Assembly: GCF_008831285.2 (NCBI RefSeq)
Contig: NC_045138.2
Span: 14,694,001 to 14,758,000 of the forward strand
Source: Nymphaea colorata
Lineage: Eukaryota
Direction: 5' to 3'
Length of the DNA: 64,000 nt
The position numbers and the translations under genes were made by a program. Shown here piece by piece: positions 38,667 to 50,991 of this stretch (positions are counted from its first letter, which is position 1; every line of letters starts with the position of its first letter). The notes beneath the pieces are model-generated. The model worked only from the letters and a program-made list of their open reading frames with translations. It was not told where the DNA came from and searched no databases.

Positions 38667-40807
38667 ATGGCAATGATGAAAGTGGAAGACGGTGAGGAAG
38701 ATATCTCCGGGAGGGTGGTGGGCCACTATCTGGTAATCAATAGAATTGGTGCTGGTAACAGCGCAGTGGTTTGGAGGGCAGAGCACGCGATCAGCGGCAG
38801 AAGGGTTGCGCTGAAGAGGGTGGACCTCTCCATGCTCAACAGGAGGCTCAGGGAGTCTTTGGATTGTGAGCTCGCGTTCTTGGCCAAGGTTGATCACCCG
38901 AACATCATCCGGCTGATTGAAGTCTTCGAGGTTAGACTTGTCTCTGTGCTTTCTTGTCAAATTCGAGTGCCCAGTTCTCGTTTTGTGAAGGAAGTTTGCG
39001 TTTGGGGGCTAATTCTCATGTTGGTTGTTGAGTTTTCAACCGAAATTGGAGGTTTCTTGGTGTTGATGGATCGGAATTTGATGTTGTTGGAGGAGTGATA
39101 ACTGATAAGTGGTTGTGGAGTCTTTGATGGATATTTAAGAAGGTGGAGTTCAACGTGAAATAAATGGTTGATTTTGTTCAAGTGAACTTGGTTGTGGTGA
39201 TATCTGATGGTTGAATCCTGTAATTTTCTGATGCTTTCTGTTACATCAAATTATTGATGAGATCGAATTGGGTAGTGAGTCTAGTGACCCGATTAGCTGT
39301 TTCTGCTGTTGAGGAATTGAAAGGGTTTTGTCTTGAACAGGGAATCTAATTGTGGCTGTTAAATACTTGCGAAATGTAGCTTAAATGGTGGGTTAAGTGA
39401 TTATGGAACCTAGGTCAGTAACAACTTGCTGCAGTGTGGTTTTTGTGATGCAAGTAATACTTGCACCATCGGTATAGTAATTTTCTACGTGTGTTAGTGA
39501 CCGTAAAATGCTATTTTATGGCATTTGATAGCCAACGAATAAATCATTTTTCGTCCTCAACGTAGCATATTGAAGCTTCTACTCAATTTGGTGCTTGCTT
39601 CAACTTCATCAGAATATTAGTAGACGAAAATGTAAAATTGTTTGTTCTAGAAAAGAGCCTTCTATAGAAAATATTGTTGTTCTGATACTTGATCATGGCT
39701 TTACCTTTACTTTCATGTAGGCTAGTAAATATTTGTTCCTTGTCTTGGAGTTCTGTGCTGGGGGAGACTTGTCTTCTTACATTCAGCGGAATGGCATGGT
39801 TTCAGAACAAATTGCAAGAACATTTTTACGGCAACTTGGTAATCCCTTCTCTTATATGGTGTGTGGAATATGTTTTGTTTGATACAGACGAGCTACTGGA
39901 CAGTTGGTAAAAACTGATCTGTGTTTTCCAGCTACTGGTTATGAGGTCCTACATGCTCACCACGTTATTCACCGGGATTTGAAGCCAGAAGTATGGAAAC
40001 ATTTTTTCATTCAATACTTCCCTGTAGAACGATCATGTATTTGAGGTTGTGCTTGAGCAATTCTTTTCTTGTCGCAGAACATTCTCCTCTCTACACCAAA
40101 TTGTGATGCTGTGCTAAAAATATCAGACTTTGGCCTGTCAAGGTTATTTAAGAAACCTCTTGGAGTTCTTTTTCAGCATTACAATTTGTCAGCAAAGAAA
40201 AAGGAATGAAACGGTTTCAACTTTCAACTGTATTACAGGACTATAGGTCCAGGTGATAATGCAGAGACTGTTTGTGGATCTCCTCTATACATGGCTCCAG
40301 AAGTCTTGCAGTTTCAAAAGTATGATGAGAAGGTATATTCTATATTTTTGCGTATTTGCTAAGTCGATTGAACGATGCATTTCAGGTTCTTGTTTTGTAG
40401 GTCGATTTGTGGAGTCTTGGTGTCATTGCCTTCGAGCTTTTAAATGGGTATCCACCCTTTAAAGGGAGAAACAATGTTCAGGTATCTCTGCTACGCCAGC
40501 TCCTTTGTTTTCCGTCATCCAGTTCCTTTCTAACATGTATCTTTCTTGATATGACTCACTACAGCTGCTCCAGGGTATCACCAACTCTACGAGGCTTCCA
40601 TTTTCAGAACTCATTCTCCCGAAGCTGCATCCTGATTGCGTGGAGATGTGTACAAGGTTACTGTGTAAAAACCCAGGTTTGTTGATGAACTTATAAGATG
40701 ATTCACATATAGAAGATCATCTTCGGACCCTGATGTGGATGACTAACTTTGCAGACAACCGGTTGTCCTTCGAAGAATTTTATCATCACAAATTCCTGAA
40801 CAAATGA
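38667..40807 (+). CDS. ATG1t: Autophagy Ser/Thr kinase, kinase-domain-only ATG1t type. Exons 38667-38930, 39721-39838, 39932-39990, 40078-40142, 40239-40332, 40401-40481, 40565-40676, 40755-40807
   Basis: Spliced frame is open with all GT-AG introns: [96 protein letters not shown]. It ends right after the kinase domain. Confidence 0.92.
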
Positions 40808-40879
40808 GCGGTGACTACGCATGCCAGATTCAAACTTCCCTCTATGGGGCGATCAGCATGACAAATTTGATGTAGATAC

Positions 40880-42478
40880 TCATGTAACAATGTCTGCTGC
40901 TATCCTTAGTTCCTGATCTAATAGATGAAGCGTGTTGTAAATCTCTTCTGCTTGTGGGTATGAGCCTTCTCCTGCTACAAACTCCTGAACCAAATTATTG
41001 ACCTCAATCAAGCTGCAACCTGGTGATCTATTCGTCTTCTTACTCCTCATCAATTTTCTGATTCGCGAAACATCATCCCATTGGCGTTCAGCTGCATAAA
41101 TATTGGACAACAATACATAGTTTCCCATGTCTTCTGGTTCAAGTTGGACAAGGTGCTCCATTGCTGTTATTGCGATTCTAACATTTCCGTGAATCTTGCA
41201 AGCACTGAGCAGCGAGCCCCATATGGCTGCATCTGGTTCTATTGGCATGTCCTGTATGAATTCAAGAGCAGAATCAAGTTGGCCATTACGTCCAAGAAGG
41301 TCAACGAGACATCCATAATGTTCAACCTTAGGATTGATACGATGGTCCTTCATCATGGACTCAAAATAATGTAGTCCGTCATAAAGAAGTCCACCATGAA
41401 CACAGGCAGAGAGAACGCCAAGGAACGTAATACTGTTGGGTTCCACCCCAGCTACTTTCATTTCATGAAAGAGTTGGATGGCTACTTGGCTTTGGCTATG
41501 GTGTGCAAAGCCATTAATTATGGTGCTCCATGAGATGACATCTCTTTCAGGCATTTGAACAAACAATTCGCCCGCTTCCTCGATTCTTCCACATTTTACG
41601 TACATCTCAATCAGTGCATTACATATGCAAATATTACGTAGGAAATTGTGCCTATCCGCATAGACATGTATCCATCTTCCAAGTTCAAGGGCACCTGACT
41701 GTGCACAAGCTGGTAGCACAGAAACAATGCTGGTCTCATCAGGTTTTAGTTCAGCAAGCTGCATTTGATGAAACACCTGCAACGCTTCGCGATAATAGTT
41801 GCTTCTTGCATAGCCAGATACCATCGCGGTCCAAGAGATTATCGTTCTCTCCGGCATTGTGGCAAAGACTTCTTTGGCCTTGCTCATATTTCCCGTTCCA
41901 GCATATCCGGAAAGAAGGGTATTCCAGGAGACAGTATCTCTGTGAGACATTTCAACAAACGCTTGCTGTGCAGCGTCTAGGCTGCCACATTTTGCATACA
42001 TGTCTAAGAGAGCGTTTTGGACATAAGAATGCTTTGCAAGACCCAATTTGCAGATATGGCCATGAATCTGGTTGCCGAGATGGAGGTGTAGAAGACCAGC
42101 AGAGGACTTAAGTGCGAAGGGGAAGGTGAATCTGTCTGGCAAGATTGGTCTTCCATTTTGTGAGTCTGCGAGCATCTGCTTATAGACTGAAATGGCTTCA
42201 CTGAAAAATCTGTTGTTGCTGTAAACTCTGATCATGGCATTATACAAGAAGATATTTGGTGCTAGTACTTGCTTGAAGATCAAGGATGCATAGTCGGTGC
42301 CGTCATTGGTGTCACAAAAGTCTAATATTTTGGTCATTAAGAAGTTGCTCTGGGAGAGACCTATCTTAACGATATGGGCATGGGTCTGCTTCAGATGCTT
42401 AATGTCTCTGCAGCTCTGTAATATGGGTGCAACTTGATTTTCCAAGTCTCGGACAACAGAAATGAAACAGTTTCTCAT
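40880..42478 (-). CDS. MEF21: PLS-class E+ PPR RNA-editing factor, At2g20540/MEF21-like (532 aa from ATG 42478; ORF open up to ATG 42574)
   Basis: Intronless PLS repeats, E domain (GNYVLLSNIYA), PG box (SPGCSLIEV), E+ tail, no DYW. The N-terminus GLSQSNFLMTKILDFCD matches my recollection of At2g20540. Confidence 0.9.
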   Translation of the reverse strand: MRNCFISVVRDLENQVAPILQSCRDIKHLKQTHAHIVKIGLSQSNFLMTKILDFCDTNDGTDYASLIFKQVLAPNIFLYNAMIRVYSNNRFFSEAISVYKQMLADSQNGRPILPDRFTFPFALKSSAGLLHLHLGNQIHGHICKLGLAKHSYVQNALLDMYAKCGSLDAAQQAFVEMSHRDTVSWNTLLSGYAGTGNMSKAKEVFATMPERTIISWTAMVSGYARSNYYREALQVFHQMQLAELKPDETSIVSVLPACAQSGALELGRWIHVYADRHNFLRNICICNALIEMYVKCGRIEEAGELFVQMPERDVISWSTIINGFAHHSQSQVAIQLFHEMKVAGVEPNSITFLGVLSACVHGGLLYDGLHYFESMMKDHRINPKVEHYGCLVDLLGRNGQLDSALEFIQDMPIEPDAAIWGSLLSACKIHGNVRIAITAMEHLVQLEPEDMGNYVLLSNIYAAERQWDDVSRIRKLMRSKKTNRSPGCSLIEVNNLVQEFVAGEGSYPQAEEIYNTLHLLDQELRIAADIVT

Positions 42479-42486
42479 CGACAGCG

Positions 42487-44535
42487 ATGGCGGAAGAGAA
42501 CAAGAGATTCGCGCCGCTTCTGAGGTCCTGCGCAAAATTGGGGCTGCTAGCTCAAGGAATGCAGATCCATGCAATGCTCCTGAAGCTGAGAAATGAGTTT
42601 GATCTTGTAATGAACAACACGCTGGTGGATATGTATGCTAAATGCCGGAAACCAGATGTTGCACAAAAGGTGTTTGATATGATGCCTGAGAGAAATGTGG
42701 TCTCCTGGACTGTCCTCATCAATGGATATTTGCAACAAGGAAGGCCTTGTGGTTCACTTTCTCTGTTTTCTGATATGAGTGTTGCAGGGGTCAGACCAAA
42801 TGAATTCACATTTTCGTTAAACCTGAAAGCCTGTGCATCCCTCGGTCTTCCTGCTCATGGCATGCAGATACATGATCTGTGCGTGAAGACTGGCTTCGAA
42901 GGGTACGCAGTTGTGAGCAATGCACTTATTGATATGTATGCCAAAACTGGTGTTCTTCAGGATGCGGTAAAAGTGTTTGAGAAAATGCGAATGCGAAATC
43001 TCATTTCTTGGAATACCATGATTGCAGCATATGTACATTGTGGCCAGGAGAAGAATTCCTTTTCAGCATTCAGAGAGATGCAAAAGGAAGGCGAGATACC
43101 GGACGAGTTTACATTATCAAGCCTCTTGAAGGCTAGCGGCAGTCTTGGCTCCCTTGAAAGGGGACTGCGGATCCATGCCGCTGTAATCACATTAGGGTTT
43201 TCAAAGAGTACAATATTGGCTAGTGCACTCATCGATCTCTATGTTAAGTGCCGGTCCCTCACTGAAGCACGTAGTGTTTTTGAGGCGAGCCCGCAAAAGA
43301 ACGTAGTTTCATGGACAGCAATGCTTGTTGGCTATGCTCAAGAAGCACGGATGATGGAGGCAATGGAGTTGTTTAGCCGACTTCGGCGAAGTGAAATCCA
43401 GATAGATAATTTTGTCATCTCTAGCTTGGTTGGGTCATTTGCAGATTTTGCGTTGGTAGAACTTGGCAAACAATTCCACGGGTATACCATCAAGAACCTT
43501 TCTGGTTCAGATGTTTCTGTGATCAATTCCATTGTCGATATGTATATCAAATGTGGCATGATACCTGAAGCAGAACAGTTATTCAATGAAATGCCTGAAA
43601 AGAATGTAATCTCATGGACTGTGATGATTACAGGCTACGGGAAACATGGCCATGGCAAGAAGGCAATCGGTCTGTTTAATGAAATGGAAGCGCAAGGAAC
43701 CAAGCCAGACGAAGTCACCTTCTTGGCAGTCCTCTCAGCCTGCGGTCATGCTGGGCTCCTGGAAGAAGGTCGAATGTACTTCACAAAATTAACGGAACAG
43801 TTTGGTTTCCAAGCCAAGCAAGAGCATTATGCATGTATGGTGGATCTGCTTGGCCGGGCCGGATGTTTAAAGGAAGCAAAGAATTTGATACACAGTATGC
43901 CAGTTGAACCAAGCTGCGCTGTGTGGCAGACATTGCTTGGAGCTTGCAGGATTCATAGGGATGTGGACTTGGGTAAAGAAGTGGGAGAAATTCTATTAAT
44001 GTTGGACAGCAGGAATCCTGTGAATTATGTGGTTTTGTCCAATCTTTACGCTGAGGTAGGTCTGTGGAAGGAATGTGAAATTATAAGGGAAAAGATGAAG
44101 ATAAAGGGGCTGAAAAAGGAAGCAGGCTGGAGCTGGATAGAAATTGGCAAGGAGGTACATTTCTTCTATGGAGGGGATGACTCACACCCTCTATTCAAAG
44201 AAATCCATGAGGCCTTGACTGAGGTGACAGGAAAGATAAAGGAAATGGGTTACATTGTAGGAGTGAGGTTTTCTTTACATGATGTAGATGCAGAGTCCAA
44301 GGAAGAAAACCTAAAGCTGCACAGCGAGAAGCTAGCCATTGGGCTGGGGATTGTGCTTGGGTTTGGTGGGACAGGAGAAGTTATTAGGGTTTTCAAGAAC
44401 TTGAGGGTTTGTGGGGATTGCCATGAGTTCTTGAAGGGAGTTTCAAGAATATTGGGGAGAGAAATACTGGTAAGAGATGCCAACAGGTTCCATAGTTTTT
44501 ATAACGGAGCATGCAGTTGTGGTGACTATTGGTGA
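42487..44535 (+). CDS. PLS-class DYW PPR protein, At3g15130-like (682 aa)
   Basis: Intronless PLS repeats, E/E+ domains, deaminase motif HSEKLA...CGDCH and terminal CSCGDYW. Confidence 0.95.
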   Translation: MAEENKRFAPLLRSCAKLGLLAQGMQIHAMLLKLRNEFDLVMNNTLVDMYAKCRKPDVAQKVFDMMPERNVVSWTVLINGYLQQGRPCGSLSLFSDMSVAGVRPNEFTFSLNLKACASLGLPAHGMQIHDLCVKTGFEGYAVVSNALIDMYAKTGVLQDAVKVFEKMRMRNLISWNTMIAAYVHCGQEKNSFSAFREMQKEGEIPDEFTLSSLLKASGSLGSLERGLRIHAAVITLGFSKSTILASALIDLYVKCRSLTEARSVFEASPQKNVVSWTAMLVGYAQEARMMEAMELFSRLRRSEIQIDNFVISSLVGSFADFALVELGKQFHGYTIKNLSGSDVSVINSIVDMYIKCGMIPEAEQLFNEMPEKNVISWTVMITGYGKHGHGKKAIGLFNEMEAQGTKPDEVTFLAVLSACGHAGLLEEGRMYFTKLTEQFGFQAKQEHYACMVDLLGRAGCLKEAKNLIHSMPVEPSCAVWQTLLGACRIHRDVDLGKEVGEILLMLDSRNPVNYVVLSNLYAEVGLWKECEIIREKMKIKGLKKEAGWSWIEIGKEVHFFYGGDDSHPLFKEIHEALTEVTGKIKEMGYIVGVRFSLHDVDAESKEENLKLHSEKLAIGLGIVLGFGGTGEVIRVFKNLRVCGDCHEFLKGVSRILGREILVRDANRFHSFYNGACSCGDYW

Positions 44536-44991
44536 CCTACTACAGGCTTGGATCTTGCGTTTATCACCAAAAGCTTTCCTCCTCGACCTTTATCTTGTAC
44601 ACCCGTTGTATTGGCTTGTGCAAGGAGTGATATATAATTTAAACTATTATCGCCCACCTGACAGCGAAGGCCTACCTCCAACGTCAACCGCTTTGAGTCT
44701 CGTCTTAGTGCGACATCTATTCTAGCTTTTAGTGGAAGAGAACCATGTGTATCACCAAGTACGTTGTTGACATAAAACCTTCTCTCTCTCTCTCTGTGCT
44801 CATATTAAACTTTGCGTTGAGGAAGAACCCTGGCAGTAAAACTAATATTAGAGAACATTGAGCCTAATGTTTATACCAAAAATTAGAGAACAATGAGTGG
44901 CCAAAAGCTACAGCAGACCCTGAAAATGATCAGCAAAGGATAAAAACAAAGTGGGTCCAAAGATATGCAGACAATCTCGCCAACTTTCACC

Positions 44992-47900
44992 TCATCGCCC
45001 GCTGCGGGGGCCCATGCCACTGCCAGATCTTGGTCCAGGATGCCGTGCAAACTGCATCCTTAGAACTGGTGAATTTTGATCTTGTTCATCCATTTTGTAA
45101 CCTGAGTTGAAAGATAAAAACCTATTATGCTCGTATTGTCCAGAAAGGGGAAATATTCAATACAGGCTCTTCCCTCAGGAAAGTTTCACCGAACAACATT
45201 TCAATTTTTCTGAAAGAAAACTCAAAAAATATCTACAGTGGCATGAATAATCGTATCTATAATTCAAAGAAAAAAACCACAGCCACAGCCCTGTTGTTGG
45301 ATTGAAAAGATTAAGCCCTAACAAATTCCTACTTTCATTTGTCAATGTTTTCTGTCCAAAATATCCTACTCGTTTTTTCATAATTAAGCTCAAACATACC
45401 ACATTTTGCAACAAGAATATCACATCGTGGAGAAAAAATTCCTGGTTCTGCTCAGGTCATTTCACCATAATTACAATTCATCCTTCCAACCGCATAACAA
45501 TTTTCCCACAACACATGTTCATCATCTAGCTTCCTCTTCCTCCAGTGAAAGAATCCCAAACCATGCATGCCACATCTAGTGGGAGGAAAGGGAAGCAGCA
45601 GCCTATATTTGGCCAGAAAAGGTTTGTCTATACTAGTAAAGTGCGCAGGTCAAAAATGAATAATGGATGCCTTTACCTAATTCATAGAGGACAGATTACA
45701 GAGGAGAAAATACTTATTTGGCTAACCAGAAACAGGCTTCAAATTCATACTCTACTGCTTCCAACTTTGAAATGACGTTACCTATTCTGTGAACGAGCTA
45801 GATCAATATAGGTCTACACTCTAGAGCTGAAAACTTATTCAACTTTGAGAGAGAGAGAGTTCTGTTGAAAACAATGCAGCATTTAATGAGCTCAAGCTAC
45901 GGCAGCACGAGATGAACAGCTCAAGCTAAGCTAGTGTGTTCTTTTCACAAAGGTAATTGAGAAAGGAATCTCACCGTGTAAGACACCCAGCGCAGTTGCA
46001 GCACAGTTAGCATTTACAAAGTCCACAAAACATAGAACAACAGGATTGCCGCCAGGCTGCAAGAACAAAGAAGCAGATATATAAGTCAAAAGTCAAACGG
46101 AAGCTAGGTACACATAAATCATGTTGAAAAGGTTAAACCACGACAACAACAGATAGGACTACAAATAAATAAAAGCATGAACGAAATCCACATCATAAGT
46201 TCCTCAAATGAAAAAAGTAAATCATGTCAAATCTACCCCTCCTAATGACTAATCAAACACGTTGTCTGCACTCTGCACTAATGGTGAGGCAACCTGATGT
46301 AGGAGCTGAACCCAAGGGGGCCCCAAGATCCATTTGGACCTAATCGTGTTAGGATTAGAATTGTCTTCTTAGATTATGAATGCACTTCTTTTCTCGTCAA
46401 TAAATAGATCATAGCTTCATTTCAATGGCAGTCCAGGTTTGATGAATGAAGATCTATTTGGGTTTTCTTGTTTCCTCTTCATTTGTTGTTTTTCAGGATA
46501 ATTTTAGACAGTCGTACAGCTTAGCCTAGCTGATAGCCTGACAGTTTTGTTCCAAAAATCAGCTGTCCATTTGATCATAACCAAACGACTCACTTAAGCA
46601 TCTGTATTCTTTTCTCTTCACAGACATCTTCATATAGGATGTGCTTGACTATGCATTGACTGTACGCCAAACAAGAGGACTCAATTCATTGCAACAACTG
46701 TAGAACATTTTGATTATATTTTAACCATCTAAAAGTATGTCTCATGCACAAATTACTAGCGTGGTCTATGATTCTATTGTACATGTAAATATCTATTTCA
46801 CAATGAGTACAATTATCCTGACATGTGCAACACTGTCCTAGACTTCTAGCATAAAAAGAAAAAATCCCATTTTTAGCACCTACATTTCTTGGGTTCTTGG
46901 TCACAAGTCTCACTTCCTTGTAGCCGAGAAATGGCCTAAATATATCTACAACCTAGAGTCAAGGATGCACATATCCAGGAATCTAAGAAGTTTCTCGTTA
47001 GACCAAGAGACAAAAAGTAATAAAAAACAATTGATATACAAATCAAAGAACTGAAAGGATACGAGCAACTTCTCGCTGTGTGGAGTCAGATGGAAGGCCC
47101 TCAACGAAAAGAGTGCTAGAAGCATCTGGAGGAAGACGAACTTCTCGCTCAGGCCTTGCCACTAGATCGACAGGAGGTTGGTTGTTGAACCCCATGTTTC
47201 TACTGTTTGCAGCAATGTCTGGAAGAACAAGACCTGAACCAAACATCATAACAGGATTGGCAGTAAGAGGCCCAGCCACCCCTTGACCACCAAAACCAGC
47301 AGCAGGCATATTTCTGGGTTCTCCAGACCCATGAGTAGAAATTGCCTGCAAAACAGAATCACAGTAAACATTGCGGAAAAAACTAGAGATATACCATGAC
47401 AAGGACGCCAAAAAAAATTTGGCATGGTACCCCATTCTGCAGATAACGGTCATATGATTCCATAATGGATCTAGTATCTTTGACAACGTGAGCTGCAGCA
47501 CGATTATCTTCACGTGCCAGATAACCAGACACCTCCTGACCACCAATTCCCATTTGGGTTCCGCCTCCAGGAGGTACAAAATCTAAAATCCATAAGCATG
47601 GATAAAACAAGTCAGTTCCTTTCAATAGGAAAATAAAAAGTATGGGAGAGAGAGAGAGGGAGGACAAGTGAATAGTACACTAGCAGCATCGCAAGGATTT
47701 GAAGAGACTAATGGCATAGTCACAAGAAGAAAAAAATGATGGAGTTCGCCAGTATTTAACTGACGAACAGGTCCCAAAGAAGGATTTTCTTTTGAAAAGA
47801 ACCTCACAAAGGAAAAGGAAAATTCGTGATTGGAAGCCTGCACATTTTTTTTTAGTGGCCATACAAAAGCAAGCGTATTCCAGTTAGATTCGCGTAGGCA

Positions 47901-49178
47901 ACCTAAATTCGTTTCAGCAATAACCAAGTTAATTAGAAAGACATCTTTTTGCCAGAAATCAGATTGTTATGCTCGCTATTCTAACCATCGTGCTCGGATC
48001 ATGCATAATCTCCCCTGTCAAACTTTCTTTTTATGGAGTTAAGGGGGCATGAGTTGGAAAAATTCTCTAGGCAATCCATATGGAAATCCAACTAACAACA
48101 ACAAAGGCCATGTTAACAACATCCATGCTCATGGCACATCCATCTCCTTAAATAGTAGACGACATCATTCATCCAGAAAAAAGGAATTGGAGAACTGCGT
48201 GTCTCACAGCTCATACCTGTTTTCTGGACAATGCTTCCAACCGCGTAGAAATTCCGCCAGACATGAATTTACCATCAAAGTCGACGAGAATGTAGACCAA
48301 ATAATTAATAAATATCTCAGAAAATTTGATGAAGATTAAAACTATTATCAGTAGACACTACCATAAAACCAATAAGATGCCAATTCTTGAACTGTTAAGC
48401 TAAAATCGCAGCCCCTGTATGTCTAAACTCTAAACCGCTCGTAAGCAAAATAAGCAGTTAGGAACGGAAACAAGTATTTACTAGCTTAAAAGATCGAACA
48501 CCAAAGAGTTACAATATTTTCAGCAATTGAATAGTGAGTGCAATTTATTGGTCATTATGTTTTCCTAGTTTAAGAAATATGTTTGCTCTCTAAAGTATGT
48601 TTTTTATCCAGCTTAACCATCAGGTGTAATTTCGAGAAATTCTAATTTTACCTAATTCCACTAAAAGCTTGAGTTCCATCCCATATAAACCTAATTGCGA
48701 GCAAAATCACGAAATCTCGTACTCCTCATAAACCCTGCTTTCACAGACAAAAACATGACTCTGCGTCTAGTATCAATTCTAACCTTTCTTTCACCATGCC
48801 TGGCTTTTCTTCTTCTCAAATCATGCTTCGCGACAAAATGTCTAGCTCCGGGTTCTTACTCTGAGCTTACGGTACAGTTCACTTCTAAAATATACGCACT
48901 TCATCCAAGATTTCAAGAGTCCAAAACACAGAGCCTCCACACCAGAGTCAAGAAGTGCAGTCAACTTACATACCGAAAACAACAAAAAAGAAGCAGCAAA
49001 CGGAACAAGAGCCACCAAGTTCTCAAATAACCAAAAAAGTAAAAGATGCAAGCGATAAAAGATATTGGTACTACAACAACAATAAGGGCACAAAGGAGGC
49101 ATTCATACCGTATGCAGGTCTCGGCCTTTTCCCTGCGGGCGCAGACGGATCCCCGGGCTGCCAGTAGGGTTCCGCCAT
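44992..49178 (-). CDS. NSR: Nuclear speckle RNA-binding protein-like (single C-terminal RRM). Exons 49178-49109, 47582-47431, 47345-47063, 46945-46884, 46056-45975, 45101-44992
   Basis: Spliced frame: MAEPYWQ...KRPR...IMESYDRYLQ...LPPDASSTLFVEGLPSDSTQREVAHIFRPFLGYKEVRLV...VLCFVDF...ALGVLHGYKMDEQD...LRMQFARHPG. All exon phases are compatible. Confidence 0.92.
46946..47062 (-). other. U12-type (minor spliceosome) GT-AG intron, 117 nt
   Basis: Donor /GTATCCTTTC and branch point TCCTTGAC about 12 nt before the AG. It interrupts the His codon of REVA-H-IFRPF. Confidence 0.9.
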
Positions 49179-50991
49179 CTCCAGAGAGGCGCCGCCGGAT
49201 TTCCGACGATCGACAAATATCTGGAAAACTTTAAATGCCGGAAATACAAACCCTGGCTTCGTCGTATTCCTCCACTCCTCCCTCCGTCTGTTGAACTCTC
49301 CCCCCGTAAAATGGCTCGGATTCGACTCGGAAATTGAAGAGACTCGGTCGGACCCTGGTTCCCTCTTGAAAAGACGGACGATTCTTCACCAGCGACGTAT
49401 CAATCGGATCGGGTTAGCATCCGATTGGATTCGCGATTAATCGAGTCGGAAACAATGCGGATCATGCATTGCTTGTGGCACAGAGAAGCCTGGGAAACAA
49501 AGCAGCATAAATTTGGATCGAACCACACCAAATCAATTGGGTAAAGATAATGCTTTCAAATTCGAACAAGTTCACGTCGGATTTGGATTTAGGAAACGGA
49601 ATTTGATTGAATGCGGACTCGAGTTTGGTTTCGCAAAGATGTCCAATTGAACTATGGACATTTACCTTAAGATGCTAGCCGGACTCTCCGAATATCCATA
49701 TCTAATTCTCCTTTTGAAATGAGATCTGAACTTCATTAGCAAATGCATACATCTACTTCCAAGAGAAATTTCCGATTGGATTTGGTTGCAGTGTTCTCGA
49801 GAACTGGATTCAGATGTGATCTGGACTTTTGTTCGTTCAAATTTAAATATGAAGATGTAACTACCCAGTTCACTGGATTTGGGAGATGATACAACTGGAC
49901 AATTGACGTCCCCCTCAGGGTCCAAATCTTGGACGAGAATCCGAGAAAACTGCAGTAAACCACTTGTGTATACTCCTCAACCCCAAGTCTATGCCCAAAA
50001 CACATGAAAGTAGTTTGATTAAATGGAGCGAAACACATTGTCACAACATGCAATAATCTGTTCTGCCGTTCGATCAATCTAGTTGGACGTTTGACACTGC
50101 CTTGTTTGGTACCCGTTACTGCGTGAGGCAATGACTGCCTTCAACCAGAACAAGATCTGCTAAAAACCTGAAATTGTAAAGATTGAATCTCATTGAAGAT
50201 ATACAACTTGAGAAATAGCATTTCAGTTGATACAACCCGTAGGACGGCTACAAGGGATGCATTTTGTATCGTGCTTAGGCTTCAAAAAGGGATTAATTGC
50301 AAGAACTTGCATGGTTGGCTTGATAAGAATCCACCATACAGCCGAAACTCATTCGATGTAAAATTATTTAAATTACAATTATTGCTGCATTTTCATGATT
50401 TGCTGTTCCAAAAGGTAGTAGAGATACTTCCGACAGTTTGAATTTTGGTTCCACACATCACACTTAGATCATCAATGACATGTAATTCCGTCTGTTTTGT
50501 TCCTCTCTCATTCTGCTTCTTTATTCATCTAAACCATCTTGAATAATTGAGATAATAAAAGGATCTCCACAAAGAAAAGATGTTATTTTCCTGTCAGAGT
50601 AAGCTTTTTTGCAAAAAAACAACAAGTGTCTTGGCTAGGTGTAGCGAACAACGTCCCACGGAAAATAGGGGGAAGCCAGGATTAATAAAAGCCCATTTCA
50701 TGGGATCATATATCTATTGGGCAATTTATGTTTGAGTTCAAATCATTAGCTCTTACCTCCCAGACACGCAGACGTCAATCAAGAATCTTTCCATCGTGAC
50801 AAACAAAAAACGTTCCTTTCTCTGATATCCATGGCTAAGCATCTAGCTTATTCAGATAGATTGACACTGCACTACAACACATAAAAAGAACATCAGAAGG
50901 GAAATATCCTTTAATCTGTGAAAAGTCATCTGGTATCATATAATGAGGCTCGACTGCCGTAGCATGAAACCGACGCTGGAATTGACTAAAA

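Noticed and set aside
46295..46601. Possible solo LTR in an NSR intron (TGATGTAGG...AAGCATC)
   Set aside because: No clean CA end and no matching TSD.
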